Notes: generated from the sequence alone by a model not told the origin. A stretch of 64,000 bases of DNA from a bacterium (GCA_021796335.1 JAJYHZ010000001.1:331870-395869), one strand, 5' to 3'; shown: positions 1-10,542, counted from the stretch's first letter. Made by a program: numbers and translations.

Positions 1-802
1 CGCCTGCATAAGCATCAACTGTTTGCTTCCAAGCATTTACCAACTTGTCCGGGGACCAGCCGTAAGAATCCCATAAACTCTTATTATTAACCACTCCTTT
101 TCCGCCCAAATACATTTCTCCCGCATCAGACGGACCGGTCATTTGAATTGCGACAACTGAAGAATCGTTCTTGTATCGCTCTCCGAATACCTTGATAAAA
201 TCCGTCCACTTTTGAAGATAGACACCGTCCCAGGGAACAGGCACGGATATCTGTTGCCCATAAGTGGAATGATAAGAATTTTGATCCGTCGCGGTTACTT
301 TCTGCGCGCCGGCCGCATAAACCCAATCCGGAGTATACGTTCCCGCCGTCACCCGCAACATTGCTTTTTTATTCGCATTTCTAGCCTTAGCAATTAAATT
401 ATCAAAAACGCTCCAGCTATAATTCCCTTCTGAAGGCTCAATCTGATCCCAATGAAGCCTGATCGAAAGTCCGTCGATATCCGGATTATTTAAAATAGCG
501 TCGGAATTCAAATCTTTGTCTTCGGTGTTCCCCGTGCCCAAAGCGTACACGCCGTTTATATCGGAAGAAACAGAAACCTGACCGTCAGAATTTTTATTTT
601 GATTGCCGGATAAAATATTTTTGGAATTCCCATTAGAGCTCGCTTCACTATTTTGATTTGTGTTTCCCTGGTTGTTTTGGTAATTTTGAAAATCAGTTCG
701 ATTTCTATTAAGTTGATTATAAATTTTCTTAACGGCAAGACCTAAAATAATCACTGTAAACAAAATTAATATCGCAATCAATATTTTTTTTGCAATAGAC
801 AT
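1..802 (-). CDS. Membrane-anchored glycoside hydrolase, GH42/GH-A clan-like TIM barrel (partial, runs off window edge)
   Basis: Manual translation from ATG 802: N-terminal TM helix, N/Q-rich linker, then DGLSIRLHWDQIEPSEGNYSWSVFD...TPDWV...WTDFIKVFGERY; no stop before position 1, so absent from the ORF track. Confidence 0.7.
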   Translation of the reverse strand, partial: MSIAKKILIAILILFTVIILGLAVKKIYNQLNRNRTDFQNYQNNQGNTNQNSEASSNGNSKNILSGNQNKNSDGQVSVSSDINGVYALGTGNTEDKDLNSDAILNNPDIDGLSIRLHWDQIEPSEGNYSWSVFDNLIAKARNANKKAMLRVTAGTYTPDWVYAAGAQKVTATDQNSYHSTYGQQISVPVPWDGVYLQKWTDFIKVFGERYKNDSSVVAIQMTGPSDAGEMYLGGKGVVNNKSLWDSYGWSPDKLVNAWKQTVDAYAG

Positions 803-808
803 TCTAAT

Positions 809-1717
809 TTATATTTTTAAATATTTTCTCACCGCAATATAGCTCGAAGCCACTCCCAAAGCCACTCCGAAAGCAATTTGAAAAATCAGGAAAATCGGTA
901 AATGAGAAAGGTAATAAGACCATCCGTTTACGGAAGAAACGAAAATTTTGGAGTATGGCGAAAGGTAATAGACTACAACCGAAATCACGATTGTGCTTAA
1001 TATGCTGCCTATCAATCCGTATAAAATTCCCACCAAAAGATAAGGTCCGCGAATGAAAAAATTGGGCGCTCCGACAAGCCGCATAATTCCCAATTCGTCC
1101 CGGTTTGAATAAATCGTCAGTCTAATCGTATTAAATATAATAAGAGCCGTTATCAAGCTTATTATAATCAGCAACAATAAGCCGCCTTTTTCAACAGTAT
1201 GCTGAATCGATTTCAATCTATTGATAGCAGTCTGATTTTGATCGTATGAAACTTTGTCAATAATGTCTTTGAATTGATCTCCTGCCAAATACGAAGCAAT
1301 AGCCGAGTAATCGCTCAGCTGGGTGGCCTTAATGTTTAATGATGCCGACAGCGGATTACTGCCTAAATCGTTTATTGCCTGAGAAACGGTTTGATCACCT
1401 TGATGCTGAGATTTGAATTGCGCCAAAGCCTGATCGCGGGAAACATAATCGACTTGCTTAACTTCTTTCATGCTCTCCAATGAATTCTGCAAACTCAAAA
1501 TCGAATCTTCGGGGGCGTCAACTTTGAAATATACACTGATGTCGATTTTATCCTGAACATCGTTCAAAACAAGATTTGCCAGCGAATTAAAGATAATCAA
1601 ACCTCCGAATCCGACCAAACTCAGAAAAACAATCGCGATTGCGGCCGTTGAAAGCCATCCGTTTCTCTTAAAATCGTTCATTCCGTATTTGAATACCCTT
1701 GATAAAGTTGTAATCAT
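809..1717 (-). CDS. ftsX: Cell division permease FtsX
   Basis: 4 TM helices, IFNTIRLTIYSNRDELGIMRLVGA motif, downstream of ftsE. Confidence 0.95.
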   Translation of the reverse strand: MITTLSRVFKYGMNDFKRNGWLSTAAIAIVFLSLVGFGGLIIFNSLANLVLNDVQDKIDISVYFKVDAPEDSILSLQNSLESMKEVKQVDYVSRDQALAQFKSQHQGDQTVSQAINDLGSNPLSASLNIKATQLSDYSAIASYLAGDQFKDIIDKVSYDQNQTAINRLKSIQHTVEKGGLLLLIIISLITALIIFNTIRLTIYSNRDELGIMRLVGAPNFFIRGPYLLVGILYGLIGSILSTIVISVVVYYLSPYSKIFVSSVNGWSYYLSHLPIFLIFQIAFGVALGVASSYIAVRKYLKI

Positions 1718-1806
1718 AAATTAATTGGATGTTATAAAGTTTATAAAATTAAAATACTTAACTTTTTAATTTTTCGCTTTATGAACATTACAAACTTTAT
1801 AACTAA

Positions 1807-2499
1807 TTAAACCAAAATATACTTCCCGTCTTCTTCGTCGCGTATAATCCGTCCGCCTTCCAAACTGATAACCCTTTTATTTATCGTATTAACTATATCT
1901 TTATTATGGGTAGCCAGAAGAACCGTCGTGCCTAATTCGTTAATTTTAAGCAGAAGCTTTATAATATCCCAGGTATTTACCGGGTCCAAATTACCCGTCG
2001 GTTCATCGGCGATCAAAACATCCGGATGATTTATCATCGCCCTTGCAATCGCCACCCTTTGCTTTTCGCCGCCGGAAAGTTCCCGCGGAAAATTATTCAT
2101 TTTATCTTTCAAACCCACCATTTCCAAAGCTTGCGGCACGAAATCAATAATGTCCTGCTGGCTCCGTCCCGCCACTTCCAAAGCAAAAGCCACGTTTTCA
2201 AAGGCGGTCTTAGTTGTCAAAAGCCTGAAATCCTGGAAAATAATTCCGATTTTCCTGCGAAGATAAGGAAGCTCATTCGGTTTAAGCCTGTTTACATTAT
2301 AAGAACCGACTGAAACCTTTCCTTTTGTCGGTTTTTCCTCCCCGATAAGCAATTTTATTATGGTTGATTTTCCGGCTCCCGATTTGCCTACCAAGGAAAC
2401 AAATTCCTTTTGATGAATATGGAAACTCGCGTCGTCCAAAGCGGCGGTTTCATGCGAATTTATTTTATAAATTTTCGAGACGTTCTGGAAAATAATCAC
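1807..2499 (-). CDS. ftsE: Cell division ATP-binding protein FtsE
   Basis: [33 protein letters not shown]; adjacent to ftsX. Confidence 0.95.
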   Translation of the reverse strand: MIIFQNVSKIYKINSHETAALDDASFHIHQKEFVSLVGKSGAGKSTIIKLLIGEEKPTKGKVSVGSYNVNRLKPNELPYLRRKIGIIFQDFRLLTTKTAFENVAFALEVAGRSQQDIIDFVPQALEMVGLKDKMNNFPRELSGGEKQRVAIARAMINHPDVLIADEPTGNLDPVNTWDIIKLLLKINELGTTVLLATHNKDIVNTINKRVISLEGGRIIRDEEDGKYILV

Positions 2500-2506
2500 A
2501 CAAATA

Positions 2507-2566
2507 GGATTTAGGATTCAGCATTTAGAATTTAGGTAATTCCTATATTCTATATTCTTAAATTCC
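2507..2566. repeat. Degenerate heptamer array in inverted arrangement
   Basis: ggattta ggattca gcattta gaattta ggtaatt, followed by cctatatt ctatatt cttaaattcc. Confidence 0.6.
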
Positions 2567-2634
2567 GTATTCTAATTATTTTGATATTATACTATCTTTA
2601 AAATCAACTTATCAACCCTTTTCAAAATAATCCT

Positions 2635-3120
2635 TTACTTTAAATCCATTCTCATCCGCAATAAAAATTCATCAAATCCAAACTTTTTCCAGGCTTTAAT
2701 TCCAATTTTATTTTTTATATGCACAGAAGCTTCAATATTTTTTACACTCTTTGATTTAAACCATTTTGTCATTTCCACTATTCCTTTTTCTCCAATCCCT
2801 AAACGCCTGTATTTTGGGACGACAAACGCGTCTAAAATAATTCCTATTTTTCTTTTCATAAATTGAAGCGGCATCACTGTTGATCCCATAAAAAATCCGA
2901 TCGGAAGCCCGTTCTTTTCTGCTATTAAAATAACGGAATTTCTCTGTTTTAATTTATCCGATAGAAATTTTAAAGTGCCGCGATTTTTAACCGCTTTTCC
3001 CAGTTTATAATAATTATCAAGTTTAATATGATATTCAAGAAGATTATTGGAAAATTTTACTAAATAATTCAAATCTTCCTTTTTCGCTTTTCTGATTTTT
3101 ATATCCTGGATGCTATTCAT
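2635..3120 (-). CDS. GNAT family N-acetyltransferase
   Basis: FVVPKYRRLGIG motif A; N-x-x-G-x-x-x-W-K-K-F-G-F C-terminal motif. Confidence 0.85.
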   Translation of the reverse strand: MNSIQDIKIRKAKKEDLNYLVKFSNNLLEYHIKLDNYYKLGKAVKNRGTLKFLSDKLKQRNSVILIAEKNGLPIGFFMGSTVMPLQFMKRKIGIILDAFVVPKYRRLGIGEKGIVEMTKWFKSKSVKNIEASVHIKNKIGIKAWKKFGFDEFLLRMRMDLK

Positions 3121-3128
3121 TATAATTT

Positions 3129-4208
3129 TTATCCCAAATTTATTTCCGCTTCTATGAATAAATCCAGATCTCCGCTTAAGACTCTATCCACCTGGGCCGT
3201 TTCCGCGTCAGTTCTGTGATCTTTTACCATTTTATAAGGATTCAAGACATAAGAGCGAATCTGATTTCCCCACTCCGGTTTAACTTTTGTTTTTAATTGG
3301 TTTATTTCCTTTGCCTGCTGTTCTTCCATCAAATTTACCAACCTTGATTTAAGCAACGCCATTGCTTTTTCTCTGTTGCGATCCTGCGATCTTTCCACTC
3401 GCGATGATGCGGCTAATCCTGTCGGGATATGGATTATTTTCACCGCAGTTTCCACTTTATTGACGTTCTGGCCGCCCGGGCCGCCTGCCCGAGAAAATTC
3501 CATTCTCAAATCTTCCGCCGGAATTTGAATATTTTCCGCTTCCATTTGCGGCATTTCCGGCAAAACCTCAACCAAGGCGAATGACGTATGTCTTTTGTCT
3601 TCCGCCGAGTAAGGCGAAACCCGCACAAGGCGGTGAACGCCAGATTCTCTTCTTAAATATCCGTATGCGTAATTTCCTTTCACTTCAAAAGTAATATTTT
3701 TAAACGCCCGGCTTGCCGTTTTCGCCAATTCTCCCTCTGTTTCGTCTATAATTGAAACTTTCCACCCGCGTTTTTCCGCATATTTTGAAAACATTTCAAA
3801 AAGCATCCCCGCCCAATCTTCCGAATCATTGCCCCCGGCCCCGGAAAAAATCGCAATTAAAGCGGATTGTTTATCGTATTTCCCCTTAAATAAATTTTCT
3901 ATCTCCAATTGCCTTATTTTATTCTGAACGCGATCTAAAATTACGGACGCTTCCGAATCTGGCAGTTTCCCGGATCTCAAATCATTAACATTGTTTTCAA
4001 CTTCGTCAATTTTCTTAATTATTTCGTTTAATTCTCCGACTTCCTTTATTTTCTCATCGGCCGCTTCCCTGTTTTTCCAAAAATCCGGGTCGCTGAATTC
4101 AAACTCCAATTCTTTCACGCGATTTCTTTTCTCCTCCACACTGAAAGATTCACCTAATTGGCGAATTTCTTTTTCCAACTCTTCAATTTTTTGTTTTATT
4201 TCATCCAT
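3129..4208 (-). CDS. prfB: Peptide chain release factor 2 (single ORF, no programmed frameshift)
   Basis: GVHRLVRVSPY, RHTSF, GPGGQNVNK, WGNQIRSYV. Confidence 0.95.
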   Translation of the reverse strand: MDEIKQKIEELEKEIRQLGESFSVEEKRNRVKELEFEFSDPDFWKNREAADEKIKEVGELNEIIKKIDEVENNVNDLRSGKLPDSEASVILDRVQNKIRQLEIENLFKGKYDKQSALIAIFSGAGGNDSEDWAGMLFEMFSKYAEKRGWKVSIIDETEGELAKTASRAFKNITFEVKGNYAYGYLRRESGVHRLVRVSPYSAEDKRHTSFALVEVLPEMPQMEAENIQIPAEDLRMEFSRAGGPGGQNVNKVETAVKIIHIPTGLAASSRVERSQDRNREKAMALLKSRLVNLMEEQQAKEINQLKTKVKPEWGNQIRSYVLNPYKMVKDHRTDAETAQVDRVLSGDLDLFIEAEINLG

Positions 4209-4372
4209 AACTATTTACTCGGACCAATTTCAAATAAAATTAATGGAGTCAAACCCAATAATATCCCTAAAAATCCCCAAATGGAAATTTTTTCTTTGAA
4301 ATAAGCCACGTCAATTAAAACAATAGTATAAATTTTACTCTAAATTATTTGTTTAAAAAAATCACATAATTG

Positions 4373-4443
4373 AGCCCCCTGTCAGAATCGAACTGACGTA
4401 TGCGGTTTACGATACCGCTATTCTGCCACTGAATTAAAGGGGC
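4373..4443 (-). tRNA. tRNA-Thr(CGT)
   Basis: Minus strand GCCCCTT...GCGGT-ATCGTAA-ACCGC...GTCAG TTCGATT CTGAC AGGGGGC T folds as a cloverleaf; CCA not encoded. Confidence 0.9.
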
Positions 4444-4461
4444 GTAATAATTAAAAAATGC

Positions 4462-5766
4462 TTAACGTTTAATTGTGCTAAGATTATTGGGCATGTATTT
4501 TCTCAAAACTTCCGGCACTACGATGCTTCCGTCCGCCTGCTGATAATTCTCCATAATGGCAACTAACGGTCTTTGGGAAAAAGCAGTAGCGTCATTCATA
4601 TGAACATATGTTATAGTTCCATTTTCTGACCGGACTCTCGTGTTTAATCTGCGTGACTGAAAATCACCGATTAAATCGGACGTATTTGTTTCTCTGTATT
4701 TATTCTGTCCTGGCATCCATGTTTCTATATCAATTTGTCGAACATCCGGCCTGCCCATATCTCCAGTACAAATAGCCACAACTTGATAAGATAGTTTTAA
4801 TTGTCGAACAAGATATTCTTGAATTGCCACAATAAAATTTTGTTCGTTTAAAGAATCTTCCGGCAAAGTGAATGATTCCATTTCTAATTTATCAAACTGG
4901 TGTACGCGCAATATTCCTTTCATGTCTTTATTATATGAACCGGCCTCCCTGCGGAATGCGTTTGAAAAACCGACCATTCTAATCGGCAATTCTTTCCAAT
5001 CTAAAATTTCATCAGCATACATGGCTCCTAGAGTGTGCTCGGCGCTCCCAATTAAATTCAAGTTATCTCTCTCTAATATATACATTTCTTCTGGGTCAAG
5101 ACGTGCCATCCTATTCATCATATCTGGACGAATCATTACCGGCGGGAATATGGGAATAAACGGCTTAGTACTTACAGTTAAATTATTTTCAATGGCAATT
5201 TCTTTTAATTTTTCTTCATTTGTTAAAATCGAAAAGGCAAATTGCATCAAAGCAAATTCCAACAACACAAGCCCGCCCTTCAAATAATTAAATCTCGCTC
5301 CGCTGACTTTGGCCGCGCGCGGAGTATCAATTAAATCTAATTCTTCTGCCAACTGCCAGTGCTCTTTTGGCTTAAATTCAAACTTTGGAATTTCTCCCCA
5401 TTTGCGGATAACAATATTACCGGACGCATCTGGTCCAATTGGAGTATCGTCCGAAGCCATATTGGGAACTTTCAAAAGCAAATCTCTATATTCAACTAAA
5501 ACTCTTTCCAGCTCTTTTTCAAACTTCTCCGTTTCCTCTTTTACGATTTTCCCCCGTTCGATAACTTCTTTCTTATCCTGTTCTTCTGATTGTAATTCCT
5601 TATTCAACTGATTTTTCTCCGCTTTCAGATCATCCGTTTTTATAATCAGATCTCGTCTTCTTTCATCCAATTCCAAAAGCCGGTCAATATCGCATTTAAC
5701 ATTCCTGTTCTCGCAGTTTTTCTTAACTTCATCTGTATTTTCTCGAATAAATTTTATATCTAGCAT
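4462..5766 (-). CDS. serS: Serine--tRNA ligase
   Basis: MLDIKFIREN start, FRREAG motif 2, GILRVHQFDKLE, MENYQ. Confidence 0.97.
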   Translation of the reverse strand: MLDIKFIRENTDEVKKNCENRNVKCDIDRLLELDERRRDLIIKTDDLKAEKNQLNKELQSEEQDKKEVIERGKIVKEETEKFEKELERVLVEYRDLLLKVPNMASDDTPIGPDASGNIVIRKWGEIPKFEFKPKEHWQLAEELDLIDTPRAAKVSGARFNYLKGGLVLLEFALMQFAFSILTNEEKLKEIAIENNLTVSTKPFIPIFPPVMIRPDMMNRMARLDPEEMYILERDNLNLIGSAEHTLGAMYADEILDWKELPIRMVGFSNAFRREAGSYNKDMKGILRVHQFDKLEMESFTLPEDSLNEQNFIVAIQEYLVRQLKLSYQVVAICTGDMGRPDVRQIDIETWMPGQNKYRETNTSDLIGDFQSRRLNTRVRSENGTITYVHMNDATAFSQRPLVAIMENYQQADGSIVVPEVLRKYMPNNLSTIKR

Positions 5767-5907
5767 ATTTTTATAAATTTAATATTAAGCCAATCAAATC
5801 AAAAAATAAACCCCGAACCAGGTAAGAATATTAAAAATTGGCGTTAAAAAGCCGGGCCCTTTTAATTATGCCCGGCTTGTTTTGCCTCCATTTTCCTCTC
5901 CTTCTCC

Positions 5908-6708
5908 TTATGTAACGCAATTACGGCCACGGGCTTTTGATATATACAAAGCCTCGTCCGCAAGCGCTAAAATCTGCTCGCTTGAACAATTCGGCGAGCA
6001 TTCCGCCACTCCAGCGCTCAAAGATAGCGGAATTTTTCCTCCCTGAAAAGAAAAATTATTTTTTACTAAAAAAATTTTTAAGAACTTGTTAACCGACGCC
6101 ACTGCCGTGGCATGGTCAACATTCGGAAGAACAACGATAAACTCATCGCCATGCTTTCGCGCAACGACATCGGCATCCCTCCGAAAAAAAGTTTTTAAAC
6201 TTGCGGCAACAAACTTCAGTGCCGCATCCCCGCCTTCATGTCGCCCGTAGATATCGTTTATTTTTTTAAATTTATCGATATCTAAAAACACCAGCGAAAA
6301 TGTTCCAAAACCCCTCTTTACTCGTTTCACCTGATGATTTAGGTGATAGAGTAAAGCGCTCTCATTAAGAAGACCCGTAAGCCGATCGCGAAATGCGATA
6401 GTGATCTCCTTAAAAAGATGTAACATTCCCTCTTGGTAAGGAAATAAATGGAGCTCAAAAAAATTTTCTCCGAGCTCCCTTAAAGCAACGTCTGGCCGTT
6501 TTTCCGGCAAGGGACATCCTCTGCACGGAATTCTTCGACCAAACATTGAATAGCAGTTTTCCCCTCTCCCGGGAAAAAACTGCAGGCTGGCAGTATTACG
6601 CCAACCAATTCTCCACTCCGGCATAACATACATAACCGGGAATGGGATTACTTCGGGAGAAATGCTCTCGGAGAACAAAAACAACGATTTCATCGATCTC
6701 ATCTTCAT
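5908..6708 (-). CDS. GGDEF-domain protein (diguanylate cyclase-like) with Cys-containing PAS-like N-terminus
   Basis: DRLTGLLN, DIDKFKKIND, ARKHGDEF, ADEALYISKARGRN. Confidence 0.85.
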   Translation of the reverse strand: MKMRSMKSLFLFSESISPEVIPFPVMYVMPEWRIGWRNTASLQFFPGRGENCYSMFGRRIPCRGCPLPEKRPDVALRELGENFFELHLFPYQEGMLHLFKEITIAFRDRLTGLLNESALLYHLNHQVKRVKRGFGTFSLVFLDIDKFKKINDIYGRHEGGDAALKFVAASLKTFFRRDADVVARKHGDEFIVVLPNVDHATAVASVNKFLKIFLVKNNFSFQGGKIPLSLSAGVAECSPNCSSEQILALADEALYISKARGRNCVT

Positions 6709-6892
6709 CTCCCCCTCTCATATTTCTCCGATTTTCGGAGATTTTTATATAATAACATATTAATATTAAATTTGTCAAGTTTTTAAGATTTTAATGTGTT
6801 GCTTTATTAATTCTCTTAAATTCTATATAATTTTTCTATCAATTTCGTATACGCAACTAAAAACTGATAACTAATCGCTAAAAACCATTTCC

Positions 6893-8002
6893 ATGTTAGC
6901 TATTTACCGGAAATATCGGCCGAAAAAACTTGAGGATTTGTTCGGCCAGGATACAATCGTCCAAATTATTAAAAACTCCGCGGCGGCCGGCCGGCTTGCT
7001 CATGCTTATTTATTTTACGGTTCCCGCGGCGCAGGAAAAACTTCCACCGCCCGCCTAATTGCCAAAATTGCCAACTGCCAAACCCGCCAAACTGATCCCG
7101 AATTTCGAAAACTGGGCGAACCCTGTAATAAGTGTTCCGCATGCCTGGAAATCGATAACGGCCAGGCCCTTGATGTTATTGAAATAGACGCGGCTTCCAA
7201 CCGCGGCATCGAGGAAATCCGCAGCCTTAAAGAAGGCATCCGCCTTTCTCCCACTTCTTATCCTTATAAAGTTTTTATTATCGATGAGGTTCACCAGCTC
7301 ACCAAAGAAGCCTTCAACGCCCTTTTAAAAACTTTGGAAGAACCGCCGCAACACGCGATTTTGATTTTAGCCACAACTGAAATTGAAAAAGTTCCGGCCA
7401 CAATTTCCTCGCGCGCGCAAAAATTCCATTTCAAAAAAGTATCCCTTAAAAACATTACTGATAAACTAGAAAAAATTTGTGAAGCGGAAAATATAAAATA
7501 TTCAAAAGAAGGCTTAGAGTTGATTGCTTCCGCCTCTGATGGCAGTTTCCGCGATGCCGAATCACTGCTTGACCAGATTCTCGGATTGGAAAACGAAATC
7601 TCTGCGCAAGCGGTGGAAAAAATTCTGGGCCGAATCAGCTTTTCCCGAATTGCCGATTTAACTGACCTTTTAATTAAAGGCGATTTAGAAAGATCTTTAG
7701 AATACGTGAATGAAATAAATGAAGAAGGATATAATATCGCGCAATTCAATAAAGAATTAATCCATTATTTCCGCAAAGTCTTGGCTCTGCATTTCAGCCC
7801 TACCCTGGAAAATGAATATAAAAAAATTTTAACGGATTCTGAGATTACTTTATTAAAAAATCACAGCAAAGAATTAACTTCCACCAAAGAACAAAAAATC
7901 ATTAATCTTGTAAAATCGCTTATCCGCGCCTATTCCGAAATGCGCTATTCCCCCTTTGCTTCCGTTCCCCTGGAAATAGCAATTATTGAAAATCTCAAAT
8001 AA
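6893..8002 (+). CDS. dnaX: DNA polymerase III subunit gamma/tau (short form)
   Basis: YRKYRP, GSRGAGKTS, Zn cysteines, EIDAASNRG, IIDEVH, LLKTLEEPP. Confidence 0.97.
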   Translation: MLAIYRKYRPKKLEDLFGQDTIVQIIKNSAAAGRLAHAYLFYGSRGAGKTSTARLIAKIANCQTRQTDPEFRKLGEPCNKCSACLEIDNGQALDVIEIDAASNRGIEEIRSLKEGIRLSPTSYPYKVFIIDEVHQLTKEAFNALLKTLEEPPQHAILILATTEIEKVPATISSRAQKFHFKKVSLKNITDKLEKICEAENIKYSKEGLELIASASDGSFRDAESLLDQILGLENEISAQAVEKILGRISFSRIADLTDLLIKGDLERSLEYVNEINEEGYNIAQFNKELIHYFRKVLALHFSPTLENEYKKILTDSEITLLKNHSKELTSTKEQKIINLVKSLIRAYSEMRYSPFASVPLEIAIIENLK

Positions 8003-8054
8003 TCGAATTTTTAATTTGAAAAAACTCTTCAAGAATGTATAATTTTTAAGTATT

Positions 8055-8125
8055 TGCCGGATCATCTAATGGTAGGATAGCGGACTTTGAATCCGTTCAT
8101 CTTGGTTCGAATCCAAGTCCGGCAG
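8055..8125 (+). tRNA. tRNA-Gln(TTG)
   Basis: TGCCGGA...GCGGA-CTTTGAA-TCCGT...CTTGG TTCGAAT CCAAG TCCGGCA G cloverleaf. Confidence 0.95.
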
Positions 8126-8131
8126 CAGCTA

Positions 8132-8294
8132 TAAAAAAAGGGGCGCCGCCGAAGGACGCCCCGAAATCATTCTGGCTAAGGGTGCATCAGTCGAGGACCC
8201 TTTGCTTTGAAACAAAAGGGTACCTCTGATTAAACAACTCCACCAGACGGCGCAGGGTTATTGCGTACTCCCACGCCTTCTTATTTTAATTGCT
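8132..8294 (-). ncRNA. Candidate ~160-nt structured small RNA
   Basis: Minus-strand promoter TTTACA(8329-8324)-N17-TATTAT(8306-8301); long imperfect hairpin; terminator GGGGCG...CGCCCC-T7; no substantial ORF. Confidence 0.4.
8133..8162 (-). terminator. Intrinsic terminator
   Basis: ggggcg...cgcccc stem followed by a T-tract on the minus strand. Confidence 0.7.
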
Positions 8295-8526
8295 GGGAAA
8301 ATAATACAACATTTATTTTATTTTGTAAATAGTTGTCAATGAACTCTAACGAAATATTTTTATTAAAAAAATTTTTACAACTTTTTTCTTCCTAATATAA
8401 ATAAAGTATTAATTTCGCCACGAACTGCTGAATTCCAAGGGATTTTTTTAGTTAGGGACATTGATTAGGGTTCCGCCTCGTTCAAAAAAAGGGGGCTTAT
8501 GCCCCCCACTCTTAAATTCAATCTCA

Positions 8527-8721
8527 TTAATATTTTTTTGGCCTCTTGAGTATAATTATTGCAGTCAGGCTGTCATTATTAAAAAAAGTGCCACACACTT
8601 CCCACCCTTCAGCACCCAGCTTATTTAATTCTTTAACCAAATTCAAATCCGCACAGAATCCATCCATTATCTTATATTCCCACATACAAAACACCTCCTG
8701 TAAAAGTTCTACCCCACGCAT
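8527..8721 (-). CDS. Small DUF4177-like protein (likely start at MWEYK)
   Basis: WEYK...LNKLGAEGWEV...LKR pattern; followed by hairpin and T-run at 8484-8507. Confidence 0.7.
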   Translation of the reverse strand: MRGVELLQEVFCMWEYKIMDGFCADLNLVKELNKLGAEGWEVCGTFFNNDSLTAIIILKRPKKY

Positions 8722-8905
8722 AAATGGACTGTTAACTTTATATAATAAAAACTAATCGAGGTCAATTTATTTCAAGGTTTATTCAATAAGTTTCCAACAC
8801 TGAACCATAAGTTCAACAATTCGACTCACTTTGCTCTCTTATGGCTATAGCCATAAAATCAAAAACCTTAAATTAAAGTTAAAGCAAAATTATATTTTCT
8901 TAAAT

Positions 8906-9631
8906 CTATTTTACGATAAATCGTCCGTACATTCCCTTGCTTGCGTGATCATAATACTGGCAAAGATAATAATAAGTGCCGGAAGACGGAGCCTGAAAAG
9001 TAACCGAACTTTCGGGATAAAGAGATTTTTGTGCATCTTCTGATTGGCGGGGAGGAAGAACGGGTATGCCGACAAAATAATTCGACATCCCCATCATGGA
9101 AAGCACCGGATAGGGCGGAGCATCGGGTGTTATTACAACTCCATGATTCATCCCGCTGCCATAATCCATGTTAATAAAATTAATAGTAATGGTGGATCCG
9201 GCCGGAACAATAATAGTCGGGTTTACAAGACCGGCAACTTCAAAAGTTGTATCGGGAAAATCCGGCTGAACTGCAGCCATAGCAATTTCTATCCGATCGC
9301 CGGTAAAGGTCGCCTGATTTTTGGCTTTATCTATATGTGCGGAATCGGCTGTTTGTTTAAGAAGCTGCATCGCATCGACAAAACTTATTTGGCGCCCTTC
9401 TCGTTGATTATATTGATTATAATTGCCCATCATTCCGCCCAAACCTCCCGCCATCCCGTCGGCTCCAACATAATTCTGTCCTTGATTGGCTGTTATTTGG
9501 TCACTGGCAGGAATTTTTTGCCCGGAGGATAAGAATGATTGCCCATTTTTATTATAAAAAACCACTCCGTATGCGACTAAAATGCCAATCACGGCAATTC
9601 CGGTTCCAGTGATTATGTATCTTTTTTTCAT
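8906..9631 (-). CDS. Membrane-anchored blue copper protein (rusticyanin/sulfocyanin-like cupredoxin)
   Basis: NPTIIVPAG, NHG, and C-terminal type-1 Cu ligands YYYLCQYYDHASKGMYG. Confidence 0.85.
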   Translation of the reverse strand: MKKRYIITGTGIAVIGILVAYGVVFYNKNGQSFLSSGQKIPASDQITANQGQNYVGADGMAGGLGGMMGNYNQYNQREGRQISFVDAMQLLKQTADSAHIDKAKNQATFTGDRIEIAMAAVQPDFPDTTFEVAGLVNPTIIVPAGSTITINFINMDYGSGMNHGVVITPDAPPYPVLSMMGMSNYFVGIPVLPPRQSEDAQKSLYPESSVTFQAPSSGTYYYLCQYYDHASKGMYGRFIVK

Positions 9632-9824
9632 AATTTTATAATTGAATTAAATTCAAAACCTGCGCCTAAATTAATCCTAACCCAGACCAAACACAAAAAA
9701 CAAGATTCAAGTCATACGAATAGCTTAATCATATTTTTTAATTTTAATAATTTGTAACAAACCTCATTTCCGATCGTATATTAATTATGGTTGAAAGGTC
9801 GGCAAATTTATTTATTCGAAAATA

Positions 9825-10517
9825 ATGATCAAGAAAATAATAACGGGCTTGGGAATTATCAGCGCAATAGCGGGTTTAAGCGCTGCTGTTTTGACGAATG
9901 CTCAAACAACAGAAACAACTGCAACACCGTCGTCCGGAGAACATTCGATTTTAAACGTCGGACCTCAGGGGCGCGTTCTTATGCGTGGAACCATAGCTTC
10001 GGTTTCCAGCGGCATTATCACCGTAAACAGCTGGGGCGGAGTTTGGACTGTTAATGTTTCTTCATCTGCCAAAGTGCTTCCGGCAGCAGCCAATAATGAC
10101 ATCACTCAATTCAAAACCGGAGATTTTGTCGGGGTTCAAGGAACTGTTTCGACGTCAGCCAATTTCACGATTGATGCCAGTTTAGTCCGCGATTGGACAT
10201 ATCGCCAAGCGATGAATCAAGAACGCAGACAGAATGTTCAGTCAGCCAGCCAAACGATTAAAAGCGGCACTCCTAAAAACTACGCAGGTACAGTCAGTAA
10301 TATAAGCGATTCGTCATTTACCCTTACAAACAAAAAAGGGACTGCCTTTACCGTAGATGTTCCGACAGGAACCGAAGTCGTAAACCGTAATTGGATCAAT
10401 CTCCCTATTGCGAACATTCAAAATGGCGATCAAGTTCATGCGTGGGGCATAAATTCAAGCAGCACGATTGCCGGTCAAATTGTTCGAGATATTTCGATTC
10501 CGAGCAAATCCCATTAA
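9825..10517 (+). CDS. Exported DUF5666-like tandem OB-fold protein
   Basis: Signal peptide; two repeats of G-x-V/I...T...GD-x-V-x-V-x-G. Confidence 0.6.
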   Translation: MIKKIITGLGIISAIAGLSAAVLTNAQTTETTATPSSGEHSILNVGPQGRVLMRGTIASVSSGIITVNSWGGVWTVNVSSSAKVLPAAANNDITQFKTGDFVGVQGTVSTSANFTIDASLVRDWTYRQAMNQERRQNVQSASQTIKSGTPKNYAGTVSNISDSSFTLTNKKGTAFTVDVPTGTEVVNRNWINLPIANIQNGDQVHAWGINSSSTIAGQIVRDISIPSKSH

Positions 10518-10542
10518 ATTTCTAATTCAAGTGCTGTATAAA

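Noticed and set aside
6893-8002. Truncated dnaX as a pseudogene or frameshift product
   Set aside because: Ends cleanly after domain III with no downstream tau frame; short forms are expected in reduced genomes.
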